Shown here: positions 30,801 through 39,872 of the stretch, piece by piece
How the letters are laid out: each line of letters starts with the position of its first letter
How positions within the stretch are numbered: position 1 is the first letter of the stretch
Source of the DNA: a virus
Lineage: Duplodnaviria; Caudoviricetes
Strand: one strand, 5' to 3'
IMG/VR virus record: IMGVR_UViG_3300035507_000332
Length of the DNA: 64,000 nt
Made by a program: the position numbers and the translations under genes
The notes under the pieces: model-generated
What the model was told of the DNA's origin: nothing
What the model saw: only the letters and a program-made list of their open reading frames with translations
Databases searched by the model: none

Positions 30801-31895
30801 GCAGAAACAGTCTATCTAAAGTATTGGTTTCCGAAGGAATTCTACTGTTCACTTTTGGAACAAGCGACCGCAGAGCCAGACCCCTTTGCTGAAATTGAGA
30901 AAATCACTCAAGAATTGCCCAACTTCGGAATTAGACTCCTACCACCAGATTTAGCCAACTCCGAGCTAGCCTTCTCCATTGAAGGAAACGACATTCGCTA
31001 CGGCTTAGGTTCAATCAAAGGCGTATCCTCACAGACGTTCCAGAAGATAGTCAACTTCCGCAACGAGACACAGAGAGATATTTGCGACATCTATACCTCA
31101 GCCAAGCGAGCAGGTCTATCAATTGGCGTGCTAAGTTCATTTGCCCAGGCAGGGCTATTTGATAGTTTCCTCAATGGGAAGAGACGATGCTACTTGGTGT
31201 ACATGCTCCAGACTATAAACGCCATTACGCCACGCCAGAGAGAAGCTGTATTTGCGATCTACAAGTACCGTCACCAGACCGACCCGAACGTAGACCTCAT
31301 GCAAATCATCCTAGAATGCGCTAAAAACGGCTCAGTGGACTCAAACGGTAGAATCTTATTCCGAGGAGGAATCGAGCCTGTACAGGGCAAAATTTTCAAG
31401 TTTAGAGCAATCTACGACCAGAACAGCAAGATGCCAGATTTTGCGGATTGGTTCTACGAGAAGAAAGTACTAGGCTACTCCTATTCCCAGAGCGTGAAAG
31501 ACCTGTTCGAGGAAGACAACGCCAGACTTATCGACTCTATAGAATTCCAACAGCTACCCAACAACGCCAAAGTCAAAGTAGTTGGATGGGTAGGAGAAGA
31601 AGTCAGCGAAGGCAAATCCCGAAAGAACAACTCCAAGTATTGGCGATTCTCCATCAACGACGACAACGGCAACATAACTTGTTTAATGATGGACGTAAAA
31701 ACAAGGTCGTACACAAGGGAAAGTTTAACCAAGTACTTAAACGAAGGTGGCAAAAAACCAAGCAAGGGCAACATCATCTCGATTGTCGGCTCAAAAAGTA
31801 ATGACGTCATATTCGTTAATTCGCTTGCCATTGTAGAAGAAAAGATTTATACGAGGTTCTCAGAGCTAAAGGACGAAGATGCCAGCAAACCCTGA
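27819..31895 (+). CDS. dnaE: DNA polymerase III alpha with inserted DEDDh 3'-5' exonuclease
   Basis: PHP-like N-terminus, FDTETEG/GQN..FD/HDALVD, GRGSAAGS, FERF, DCDLD, KFDLLGLRTL, FNKSH, OB fold. Confidence 0.93.
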   Translation: MSQQPVIPFFKTHTSIGKSLLRIKDVFRLAQENKLALVTLIEDSMIGFPEALRLSKKTGIKLVFGIRFDVCNDLSDPKEKIENSRSKMIAIMRNDEGYKDLISLYSEVHTNEYDCTDYKNLAHYFTDCQDTLLFGLPFYDSFIAKNSLTTSDCLPQFGNYKPFLCVEENGHPFDDIIKARLTHYQYIHGNRVQPCKSIYYENYQDFDAYTTYRLICGRSVYGNASLDRPNLPYFFSNRFCFEDWKNNTHQEVETYVRFEDSSLKGKKLVVFDTETEGLNLHSSKPWQIAWVEMLNGKVVNKEMHYLAWDDINVSKEAAAVTGFDINVYNAKKEDPKLIIEKFWKLISDPNVVVVGQNVLGFDIFMLEEVRRLVGLPTDFSYLSRVCDTVSLSRAYLCGIAKSPEESMVEFCFKMLNYKPEKRISVKLNKMLAHFGIDYDESKLHDALVDTEMTAELALRLLRVLGFEENPPFSLSVSSVKTPECTPIFRDTDRYETPMLEGVILPTADIPAEEAEALGLPSTCTSLEFLRALCNDGFKRIGIDQYPNFDDYKKRLDYELQVLDACGFVDYMLLNREIIQHCKQVGIPTGKGRGSAAGSLVFYLLDVTRVDPLKYGLIFERFVSMARAKKIQGKDGRTYLDGGLLADCDLDISYADRPKVVDFVFERFNGNACKILTVGTLSGKLCIKECMKLVGGFAEEDTKPVSDMIPKQYGVVKPLKEAYESSEDFKKFCDDNRKVFDIALRLEDLNKNTGVHPSGIAISAFPLKETMPLQLTKDGDLVSSFEMADVASIMVKFDLLGLRTLTQIKATCDMLGMDYTKLDYTNPEIYKFINKDIIPKGIFQIEADTNLKVAMAVKPENLEELSDVVALARPGTLAYLGDYVKAKETGEMRHSGDEGMDSLLHETKGLLLFQETLMMISHKVFGFTLEESEMLRKVVGKKKVDQMPAFESKIMEGAEKNGVSREAALYFWQVCQESANYSFNKSHSLCYAATAAETVYLKYWFPKEFYCSLLEQATAEPDPFAEIEKITQELPNFGIRLLPPDLANSELAFSIEGNDIRYGLGSIKGVSSQTFQKIVNFRNETQRDICDIYTSAKRAGLSIGVLSSFAQAGLFDSFLNGKRRCYLVYMLQTINAITPRQREAVFAIYKYRHQTDPNVDLMQIILECAKNGSVDSNGRILFRGGIEPVQGKIFKFRAIYDQNSKMPDFADWFYEKKVLGYSYSQSVKDLFEEDNARLIDSIEFQQLPNNAKVKVVGWVGEEVSEGKSRKNNSKYWRFSINDDNGNITCLMMDVKTRSYTRESLTKYLNEGGKKPSKGNIISIVGSKSNDVIFVNSLAIVEEKIYTRFSELKDEDASKP

Positions 31896-33387
31896 CGATT
31901 CAGAATTAACATTGGGCCAGCCTTCCGATAGGTTTTTTAAGATTGTATCCGAATTTTCCAAGAGGCTATATATCCTAGTTGAAAAAGGAAGCGGACACGC
32001 TTGGTCGTTGAACAATTTTATAGCGATATTGTTTTACCACCCAAGTTCGTTTGTACAATCATTCCTAGAGAAGAACAACATATCAACGGACGACTTCCCA
32101 GATGGGAGCGACAACGTGAATGTTTTTCCAGGAAGGCATAAGCCCAAACAAGCGGCCGATGCGGTGACGGATTTTGTCATGGACTACATCCGATGCGGAT
32201 ATCCGATAGATTACGTCACCGAAGACCATTTCATTCTTTATGCGCTCAAGGAGAACAAGGCGTTCAGAAAGTACTTTTCTCAATTCATAGAGGTCGATGG
32301 GTTCGTCAGTTACTTAGAGTCAGTATCCAAGATTTACGAAGGTGACATCCAAGCAATCACCGACGTCTCCGTCTTCGATGCTATCAATACCGATGGCGAG
32401 GACGACGATGATGATTTTGACGAACTCCCCGACGCTCTAAGAGAATATCTATCAAGGCAAAAGGCGCAATCAATGGAAGATCCACTCAACAAGGAAATCA
32501 CGGATGAAGACGTATTAGGGTTCTTTACCGACGTCACGGAAGAAGTCTCCGAAATGGACGTATCACCTGCGATTTGCCGAGAACGAGAGATCGACGATTT
32601 GATTCACATCCTCAACAAGCGTACCAAGCCAAACTGCATTCTCACAGGCGATGCAGGGGTCGGCAAAACAGCAGTGGTCGAAGGATTGGCTTATAACATC
32701 CAAAAGAACATTGGCAATTTAGGACGCCTAAAGGGGTGCAAAATCTTCTCATTGGACATCTGCAAGCTCATGGCAGGTACAGCTTACCGTGGGCAAGCAG
32801 AAGAGCGTATGAACAAAGTCATGGAGTACTTCGCCAAAAACGAAAACGTGGTACTCTTTATCGACGAAATTCACATGATTGTAGGCGCAGGTGGCAAGTC
32901 ATCCGACGACTCCTGCGATTTAGCAAACGCTCTCAAGCCACACCTCTCACGAGGGAAAATCATTTGCATTGGCGCAACGACTCAACAAGAATACGAACGC
33001 CACATTAAAAAAGACTCTGCGCTAGAACGACGATTCTCCGTCTTGGAAGTCAAAGAGCCAACAGCCGAGCAACTCAACAAAATTATGGATGCCCTCAAAG
33101 TTAAGTTCGAGGCATTCCATGGCGTCGAGTTCGACAAAGACACGCTCGATAACGTCATTTACGTCTGCAAGGAATTGATGCCTAACAGAAAGTTCCCCGA
33201 TAAATCGATCGACGTACTTGACTCTTACGGCTCATACCTTAAGATTAAGGAAGTCAAGCCTTCCAAGGAGAATTTCCTAGACTTCATTGTCTCAAAGGTA
33301 GTTCCACCAGACAACAGCTCAATGGTTGGTTTTGGCGTCAACAGATCCGCTAAAGTTTTAGACCTCATCAAGGACAAGATAAAATGA
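31879..33387 (+). CDS. ClpA/ClpB-type AAA+ ATPase (single AAA module)
   Basis: GDAGVGKT, LFIDEIH, IGATT, DSALERRF, PDKSID. Confidence 0.88.
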   Translation: MPANPDDSELTLGQPSDRFFKIVSEFSKRLYILVEKGSGHAWSLNNFIAILFYHPSSFVQSFLEKNNISTDDFPDGSDNVNVFPGRHKPKQAADAVTDFVMDYIRCGYPIDYVTEDHFILYALKENKAFRKYFSQFIEVDGFVSYLESVSKIYEGDIQAITDVSVFDAINTDGEDDDDDFDELPDALREYLSRQKAQSMEDPLNKEITDEDVLGFFTDVTEEVSEMDVSPAICREREIDDLIHILNKRTKPNCILTGDAGVGKTAVVEGLAYNIQKNIGNLGRLKGCKIFSLDICKLMAGTAYRGQAEERMNKVMEYFAKNENVVLFIDEIHMIVGAGGKSSDDSCDLANALKPHLSRGKIICIGATTQQEYERHIKKDSALERRFSVLEVKEPTAEQLNKIMDALKVKFEAFHGVEFDKDTLDNVIYVCKELMPNRKFPDKSIDVLDSYGSYLKIKEVKPSKENFLDFIVSKVVPPDNSSMVGFGVNRSAKVLDLIKDKIK

Positions 33388-34523
33388 GTGAAGTCGAAGG
33401 AAATCTATATTTGTGGACCCCACCAGAGATTAGTTCCTCAGAGAAGAACGTAGTCAATGACATCATTGACCAAATCAACGCTGGGTCTATTGTAAAGATT
33501 CAATCTGAAGGCGTAGAAGCTTTAGAGTACCATTGGAATTACGACTCTTACAAAGTCCGCACGAAAGAGGACAACCAAGAGTTTGTGATGAAAATTAGCT
33601 TTGGAGACTCTGCATCATTGTCCAAGGAGTACGACGTCCTAAAGAAGCTTGCTAACACAGGAGCAGTTCCTTACGCAATGGCACTTCATCCAGTAAGATT
33701 CTTTTCAGACGATGGTATTGCCACGCTAACGAAGAAGATTGATGGAGTAGATTTGTTCAATCTTGGAATCCACGAAATGTTCTCTCACGACGAAGCTGTG
33801 GAAGAATTTTTCATGGCACTAGGAAAGATTTATGCGACAGATATTTCTTCATTAAAATTCATTCCTAGAGAGACGACAATCACGAGTTGTGTTGGAAATC
33901 TTAGAGGAACTTTTGGAGAAGAAGCGGCCGAGAAATTCAACAAAATCTTCAACGTAAAAAAGTTTGAAGATAGTTTTGAAGAGTTAAGGCTAGAACTAAC
34001 AGCTAAGGCTTCTCAGTACAACTTGGACTGCATTGTTAATAGCGACCTAAATCCATTTAACATCATGGGGTTTGGTGGTGACGATATCAACGCACCAGGT
34101 GTTTACATCAACAATTGGACAGGGTGCTTTGTAGGGAATCCTCTGTACGACTTTTACAACCTGATTATCGAGAACAGGCTGTTTTCAGAAAAGCCTCGCA
34201 TAGAGAAAATTTTCTTTTCAATGATGAAGAAAATGATTCCTGAAGTAGCGAAGGAGATGGAGGAACTTTCTATCGAGTACCTTAACTACTTCCAGGTGCT
34301 TCAGTTTTGGAGATACGTTGAGGAGTACTTATCCTTGTCAATTGAGACTCTGATAGGCAATAATGTTTCTATACGCTCTATGATGCTCAAGCAGAAGATA
34401 GAGTCTATTAGAAGAGGGATTTTTAAGATCTCACCTAAATTTGAGAAAATGTTCTCTGAATTTTGTATCATCTGCGACAAGATAGGAGAACAAAAACAAA
34501 AGAAAGAAGAGAACGATGATTAA
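33384..34523 (+). CDS. APH/choline kinase-like phosphotransferase (degenerate motifs)
   Basis: FVMKI...E...LKKL, NSDLNPFNI, YINNW, GNPLYD. Confidence 0.55.
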   Translation: MSEVEGNLYLWTPPEISSSEKNVVNDIIDQINAGSIVKIQSEGVEALEYHWNYDSYKVRTKEDNQEFVMKISFGDSASLSKEYDVLKKLANTGAVPYAMALHPVRFFSDDGIATLTKKIDGVDLFNLGIHEMFSHDEAVEEFFMALGKIYATDISSLKFIPRETTITSCVGNLRGTFGEEAAEKFNKIFNVKKFEDSFEELRLELTAKASQYNLDCIVNSDLNPFNIMGFGGDDINAPGVYINNWTGCFVGNPLYDFYNLIIENRLFSEKPRIEKIFFSMMKKMIPEVAKEMEELSIEYLNYFQVLQFWRYVEEYLSLSIETLIGNNVSIRSMMLKQKIESIRRGIFKISPKFEKMFSEFCIICDKIGEQKQKKEENDD

Positions 34524-35094
34524 CATATTCAAGCCAAATGGCTCAAACTCTGGACACGCCGCATTTTTCAAGTACCACCCTACAACGGACATGGTATTCT
34601 TGGAAATGATTAAGCAGTCAAACTGGGATTCCGTCAACAAGAAGGGAAGCTTCAAGCAAGACAGAAAAGACCCTGCAAAATTCATTGCAGTAAAGCTAAG
34701 TATGTTCGAGCTTGGCAGTATCATCAACTGCTTTGAACGACGCACAAATTTCAGTACCGTTCACATGGGAACGAACGGTAGCATCGGAATCAACTTAAGC
34801 GTCAAAGACAAGGTAGACCGCAACACCAACCAACCGATTGGCAAGTTCTTTTCCTTGGGTGTGACACGCTCAAAAGAAATCAAATTCTGGATTTCCATCG
34901 AAGAAAACGAAGCAGTCGTGCTGAGAGAGTTCTTCAAATATGTATTGACTTTGCACGCCAAGAAAGTTATAGAGGACCAACAGAAGATGTTTGAATCTTC
35001 CAGAAATCAACCACAACAGTCCTATGCCCAGGAAGCCTACCCAGAAGCCCAAATCCAAGACCAACAAGGCTGGGGATACAACCCAGGATATTGA
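34516..35094 (+). CDS. Whirly-like ssDNA-binding protein
   Basis: KLSMFELGSII and GKFFSLGV...ISIEENEAVVLREFFKYVL resemble recalled plant Whirly domain segments. Confidence 0.5.
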   Translation: MINIFKPNGSNSGHAAFFKYHPTTDMVFLEMIKQSNWDSVNKKGSFKQDRKDPAKFIAVKLSMFELGSIINCFERRTNFSTVHMGTNGSIGINLSVKDKVDRNTNQPIGKFFSLGVTRSKEIKFWISIEENEAVVLREFFKYVLTLHAKKVIEDQQKMFESSRNQPQQSYAQEAYPEAQIQDQQGWGYNPGY

Positions 35095-35974
35095 GAATTT
35101 TACGCTCGAAGGATTTACAGAAGTTGTCATTGAAACTCCTGAGCCTCAACCAGAAGAAGAGGTCGTTCCAGAAGTTGTAGAAGCAACGGAAGAGCCACAA
35201 CCAGAAGAGGAAACTCCTGAAGAAGAACAGCCTCAAGAAGAGAGCCTCGACGCCTCTTGGTTTGTGAAGAGAGAAAGGGAATTGCCTAATTGGCGTTCCC
35301 TTATCAATGAAAAATTTCTGTACATCAACGAAGGGTTTTACAACAAGCGAGGGATTGCAATCCCTGAAAGTGTAAAAGATGCTGAAGACGATGGAGTCGT
35401 CGTTCGCCTGATCGGTCTAAAAGATTTGGCGACACGCCACGGTTACACGTCTATCAGTTACGAAATTCCCTTTACAGATGAGTCTAACTGCGTTGCGAAA
35501 TGTAGTATTCAGTGGAGTCCTACACCTTATAATAACATGTGTGGAACTACAACCGAGGGAGTCGCTTCCTCAAACAAGGATAATACTCACGGCTTCGCTG
35601 TAAGATTCAAAGAAGCAATTGCATCCAACCGAGCTTTTGCACGTGCGGTGCGAGACTACTTCGGAATTTTCTCCGTCTGTGAAGAAGAATTGGATGAATC
35701 ATCGGTAAAGAAAGAAGCCGAGCAGATTCAATCCAAGAGTAAAACCGCCAAAGAAATTCGAGCAAACAAATCTTTAGAAGCCAACGTTTCAAAGATTCTG
35801 CAGGTAGACACTATCGAGGAGTTTTTGAATTGCTGGGTGAAGCCAAGAATCGAGCAATACGGAATCGACGAGAGCGTTCTCTTCGCTACCTCCTATGAAT
35901 CAATCTCGTCGGATATTTGTAGGAAGCTCAATTCGGTCATCCAGAAGGAAGCTAAAGAGAAAGGAGAGGCGTAA
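35024..35974 (+). CDS. Putative Rad52/Erf-like single-strand annealing protein with acidic N-terminus
   Basis: GLKDLA..., C-terminal AIASNRAFARAVRDYFGI; context in replication block. Confidence 0.45.
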   Translation: MPRKPTQKPKSKTNKAGDTTQDIENFTLEGFTEVVIETPEPQPEEEVVPEVVEATEEPQPEEETPEEEQPQEESLDASWFVKRERELPNWRSLINEKFLYINEGFYNKRGIAIPESVKDAEDDGVVVRLIGLKDLATRHGYTSISYEIPFTDESNCVAKCSIQWSPTPYNNMCGTTTEGVASSNKDNTHGFAVRFKEAIASNRAFARAVRDYFGIFSVCEEELDESSVKKEAEQIQSKSKTAKEIRANKSLEANVSKILQVDTIEEFLNCWVKPRIEQYGIDESVLFATSYESISSDICRKLNSVIQKEAKEKGEA

Positions 35975-35989
35975 GCCTCTCCTTTTTTT
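35961..35989. terminator. Bidirectional terminator
   Basis: AAGGAGAGGC-GTAA-GCCTCTCCTT plus T-tract between convergent genes. Confidence 0.85.
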
Positions 35990-36200
35990 ATTTGTAATAG
36001 ATGGTTCTTTCTAGTTCTCTGAATTCTTTTTCGGAATACCAGATCTCATCAGTCTGCGGAGTGTACTTCCCCTCCTCCGTCTGAATCGTCACTCCCTGTT
36101 GAAGTTTCAGCAAGGTGGGCTGATAGATATTCAAGTCTTTCATTGAGACTGACGATGCGGTTTCTGAGCAACTTGCAAGTATCAGAGCTAGAGCCAGCAT
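35988..36200 (-). CDS. Outer-membrane spanin-like lipoprotein (Rz1-like)
   Basis: MLALALILAS-C lipobox; overlaps upstream gene in another frame. Confidence 0.6.
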   Translation of the reverse strand: MLALALILASCSETASSVSMKDLNIYQPTLLKLQQGVTIQTEEGKYTPQTDEIWYSEKEFRELERTIYYK

Positions 36201-36339
36201 CACGCAAGCTTTCAAGCTTCGAGATGAGTTCGTATTTTTCATTTTCGTAAGCGTCGATTTGCGTGTAGAGCGTTGTTTTGTTTTTAAGTCTAAGGTACTC
36301 TAAAGCAACGAGCAAAAGATTATTCAGCAGTTGAATCAT
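36049..36339 (-). CDS. Inner-membrane spanin-like protein (Rz-like)
   Basis: N-terminal hydrophobic stretch plus coiled coil, between holin and lipoprotein. Confidence 0.5.
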   Translation of the reverse strand: MIQLLNNLLLVALEYLRLKNKTTLYTQIDAYENEKYELISKLESLRDAGSSSDTCKLLRNRIVSLNERLEYLSAHLAETSTGSDDSDGGGEVHSAD

Positions 36340-36544
36340 CTTTCTTTTCTTCTTGCTTTTCCTTGTAACTCTTGACAGCCTTGTCGATAGCTTCGACAGC
36401 TTGTTGAACTTCGTCTACGATCTCATCATCCTTTGTTGTAGTCGTCTTCTTAACAATGATAGAAGCGATGGCGATAAGAACGAGAGCGATTGGAAGAATA
36501 GTAGCTTCCCAGTTCGTAAGGAAGAAATTGATAACGTTTTCCAT
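36320..36544 (-). CDS. Holin-like small membrane protein
   Basis: Single TMD followed by TTTTKDD and charged tail; heads spanin pair. Confidence 0.6.
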   Translation of the reverse strand: MENVINFFLTNWEATILPIALVLIAIASIIVKKTTTTKDDEIVDEVQQAVEAIDKAVKSYKEKQEEKKDDSTAE

Positions 36545-36550
36545 ACTCTC

Positions 36551-37330
36551 TTAATTACAGTAAGGAGAGAGAATGTAGTCGGAATCGACTTCGCACCGTT
36601 CGTGGACTTTACGGAAAAAGAGATATCCGTGATTCCTTAATGCTCTGATGTAAGCGTTGCGGATATGGAAATAAGTTCTAGGCTTCAGGCGTGGGACAAG
36701 ATGCTTGTACTTTTCAGGCGTCTCTACCCAAGTGACGTGAGTGGTAGTCTTTCTCTCATACGGTAGAAGAGCTTCCTTCAAGAATGAAATGTAGTAGTGT
36801 TCGTCAGAGAAGAATACCAACCTACATCTTTTTTCTAGTTCTTGGGCGTTAGAAACGAAGAAATGAGCCGTATCTCTATCCATTATCCACCATTGAGAGG
36901 CGAGGGCGAAATTAGCTTTGCTGAAGCCTTTTACAGTTTTGAAATGAGAGCGCATCCAACGGAATTCTAAGTTCTCACGTGCGTTTTCAATCGAGAAAGC
37001 AGGGAGCTTCATCGATTGTAGGATATCAATTGTTTTTGTGATATTGTAGAGAGGGCAGTGAGATTCGCTTAGGAGAACGAAAATTTTATTGTTCTTATTC
37101 TTAAAAGCTTCTTCTAACAGAGCGTTCGTTGCCTTAACTAGAGACAGCTCACTCCAGTCTGTTTCAAAGTGTTTTTCAATTACCCTATTGTCAATCCAGG
37201 GAATGAAAGATTTTTCTTTTTGGTGGACATAGAGATTCCACCGTTCGTCTGATTCGTCAAAGAATTTTCTCCACAAGTTAGGCTTAGTAAACCCACTCGA
37301 AGTTAGTAGCAAGAAAGCAACGGAATCCAT
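36551..37330 (-). CDS. Core-2/I-branching family (GT14) glycosyltransferase
   Basis: VAFLLL, LYVH, TDWSELSLVKA, FVLLSESHCPL, SQWW, DEHYY, FFRK. Confidence 0.85.
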   Translation of the reverse strand: MDSVAFLLLTSSGFTKPNLWRKFFDESDERWNLYVHQKEKSFIPWIDNRVIEKHFETDWSELSLVKATNALLEEAFKNKNNKIFVLLSESHCPLYNITKTIDILQSMKLPAFSIENARENLEFRWMRSHFKTVKGFSKANFALASQWWIMDRDTAHFFVSNAQELEKRCRLVFFSDEHYYISFLKEALLPYERKTTTHVTWVETPEKYKHLVPRLKPRTYFHIRNAYIRALRNHGYLFFRKVHERCEVDSDYILSPYCN

Positions 37331-37848
37331 TTTGTCATATCTACACAACCGACATCTTTGCCTCCTACCTTAAGGTCGTCAATGCCGAGTCTTTTTAAGA
37401 ATCTTAAGTACAAATTTTGTTGGTCTCTTTTAATGAGATCGAAGACTGCGTATTTCACCCCTAGTTCCCTAGAGGCATAAGCCGCTCCTATACGAGTAAA
37501 TTCTAACGTAGCGAAAGGGTCGTCTTTTGAAAAAAACATATACTCTACGTAAATAGAAGGAGTATCTCTGAAAGAAGTCATTCTAAACGGCATAAACCAA
37601 AATTCTTTATTGCCTAGTTCGTCAACAACATCGACTACAACTGTTTTTGTTCTACCGTCATTTTTGAGAGAAGAATCTATAGGGTCGGTAACAGCTGTAA
37701 TTTTTTGCCGAAGAGAAAGGTTCTGGAGGCTTAATTCCATTTTTGAAAACCTATCTATTACAATGGCTTTCATCTTTTCTCCTGCGACAGGGTCGTCTAA
37801 GAAATGAATAGAGGTAACATTATATTTCCCTTTCACAGCAAAAGACAT
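37303..37848 (-). CDS. Hypothetical protein
   Basis: ORF upstream of GT14. Confidence 0.5.
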   Translation of the reverse strand: MSFAVKGKYNVTSIHFLDDPVAGEKMKAIVIDRFSKMELSLQNLSLRQKITAVTDPIDSSLKNDGRTKTVVVDVVDELGNKEFWFMPFRMTSFRDTPSIYVEYMFFSKDDPFATLEFTRIGAAYASRELGVKYAVFDLIKRDQQNLYLRFLKRLGIDDLKVGGKDVGCVDMTKWIPLLSCY

Positions 37849-37953
37849 TATATACTTTCTAAAAAAAAGCGAGAACAAATTTGCGATTTTGTAGTCTATA
37901 TAGTATCACCACCTAATATATCTTAGCGAGGTGGTCGCCAACAACAACACAAA

Positions 37954-38199
37954 ATGCACAACATGAACAGACTAGAGAAAGAAGCTTGTGACGAAATTTG
38001 GGAAGCCATTCGCTTAATTAGTCAAGCTTATGGACGCCTAGACGATATTGTCGAGAAAGCTGAGGAAGACGGCATTGATTCTTGCGAACTCTTTGTATCT
38101 GTGGAAGATCTAAGAGATGAGATTGGATGCCTCTTTGAAGACTCGATTGCCGAGTTAGAAGAAGACCTTCGAGACGCTTTATACGACGAAAGCTTCTGA
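37954..38199 (+). CDS. Small acidic hypothetical protein
   Basis: A-rich leader, followed by terminator. Confidence 0.6.
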   Translation: MHNMNRLEKEACDEIWEAIRLISQAYGRLDDIVEKAEEDGIDSCELFVSVEDLRDEIGCLFEDSIAELEEDLRDALYDESF

Positions 38200-38208
38200 T
38201 TGTGGACT

Positions 38209-38244
38209 CACCCTCTAGGAAAATTTCTTAGGGGGTGTTTTTTT
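38209..38244 (+). terminator. Intrinsic terminator
   Basis: CACCCTCTAGGA...TCTTAGGGGGTG then T7. Confidence 0.75.
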
Positions 38245-38292
38245 CTTGAGTGCCTCTCTGTAAAAAGTGTACCGTGTGTAAGACTATTAGAG

Positions 38293-39453
38293 ATGGCGAT
38301 TCAAAGATATGTACCAGAAACTGTAGGAGACGACCCCTCCGAGTTCCTACAGGGGTATCACGACAATTTTACGGAGTTGATGTCCTTTGAGCCGTCGGCG
38401 ATTATTACTCTGTACACTTTGTCCTACGGAGAAACAACTTATAGATTCTTTCCTGGAAACGTCGAACAGGCAAAAGATGGCAAGCTAACAGGCTTTCCCT
38501 TCTCGAAAGAGCTTATTTACGATGGGGAATATTACTTCCCTATTCCTTGCGAAGACGAAGGATTTGAAGCGAGTATTGGCAACAAATTCCCCAGACCTAA
38601 ATTCCGAATTTCTAACGTCGTCAACAAATTCAGAAATCCCAACGAAGGAGAAGAAGGAACAGGGTATCTTTCCTACCACCGATTTATCTCTACAATCATG
38701 CGCTCCTATAACGACTTGAAGGACGCACGACTTAGAAGAAAGAGAGTCTTTTTGCGATTCCTTGACGGAGAGAATTTTGCAGGAGGAGAAAACCCATTCG
38801 GCATCCCAAACCCATTTGCTCTCATTGAAGACTCTGCGTGGGTTATTTATCAGAAGACGTCAGAAAACAAGTACTATGTAGAGTTCGAGCTTTCCTCTGT
38901 ATTCGACGTAGAAACAGCATACACTCCTGCTAGAAGATTGTCTTGCAAGTTTTGCTCGTTCGATTATCGAGGCGATGGTTGTAGGTACTCTGGATTACCG
39001 ATTTCAGACAAAAACGGAGATTGGTTTCAGTATAAAAATTCTAAATCGAAAACCTACTACGATGTAAAACTAAGAGTTTCTAGCCCTGTTGCTATCCTAG
39101 AATACGATCCGACTTCTTCCTATAAGATCGGAGATTGCTGTTACGTATCATCAGAGAAGACTTATTGCGAGACTCTGACTAATAGCGAGCCAGAATACGT
39201 AATTGATGGAGCAAACACCGATATGGTTGCGCTAAGGACTTACTATGTTTGCATCAAAGCGAACAACGCTTTAAACGTTAGAGAGCCAGGAAAGAACACA
39301 GATTATTGGCTTACTGACTGTTGCGGAAAAACGTTAGACGATTGTAGAAAAAGATTCGGGAACACAGAAGCAGAACTATATTCTGACAAGCAAATCAATT
39401 ACCCCTTGCCTTTTGGTGGATTCCCAGGTATTAACGGAACTAAATACGCATAA
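38293..39453 (+). CDS. Tail tip protein L (lambda gpL-like)
   Basis: RPKFRISN, EFELSS, CSFDYRGDGC, DCCGKTLDDCRKRF, LPFGGFPG. Confidence 0.88.
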   Translation: MAIQRYVPETVGDDPSEFLQGYHDNFTELMSFEPSAIITLYTLSYGETTYRFFPGNVEQAKDGKLTGFPFSKELIYDGEYYFPIPCEDEGFEASIGNKFPRPKFRISNVVNKFRNPNEGEEGTGYLSYHRFISTIMRSYNDLKDARLRRKRVFLRFLDGENFAGGENPFGIPNPFALIEDSAWVIYQKTSENKYYVEFELSSVFDVETAYTPARRLSCKFCSFDYRGDGCRYSGLPISDKNGDWFQYKNSKSKTYYDVKLRVSSPVAILEYDPTSSYKIGDCCYVSSEKTYCETLTNSEPEYVIDGANTDMVALRTYYVCIKANNALNVREPGKNTDYWLTDCCGKTLDDCRKRFGNTEAELYSDKQINYPLPFGGFPGINGTKYA

Positions 39454-39872
39454 TGAAGATCTTTAGTTTTTGCGATACGATAGAAGAGGCTTTGGCTGAA
39501 GTAAAAGACTTTTGCAAAGATTTGGCGGTTTTAGAAAGTTGTGGGTTCTTAGGATACTCTCCTAAAGAAAAAGCTTTTGTCATGGCAGGATGCGACAACA
39601 AAAGCGACAAGCCAGAGGAGAGCTTTCTCATCAACCCTTACGACCATATCGAGTTTATCTCGAAGTATAAAATTATTGCTATTTTCCATAGCCACCCTCA
39701 AACAGAAGAGCCTTCAGATAACGACAGAGCAGCTTGTAAAAACAGTTGCTTGCCGTTCTTGATTTACGGCGTTCATTCCGACGATTTTTCCCTTCTTGCT
39801 CCTAAAACTGTAGACAAGAAGTACATTTATCTAAAAGGATTAAAAGAACTAAAAGAACATTTAAGTAAATGA
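39453..39872 (+). CDS. Tail assembly protein K-like JAB/MPN metalloprotease (no NlpC/P60 domain)
   Basis: ESCGF, HSHP, PSDND. Confidence 0.85.
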   Translation: MKIFSFCDTIEEALAEVKDFCKDLAVLESCGFLGYSPKEKAFVMAGCDNKSDKPEESFLINPYDHIEFISKYKIIAIFHSHPQTEEPSDNDRAACKNSCLPFLIYGVHSDDFSLLAPKTVDKKYIYLKGLKELKEHLSK

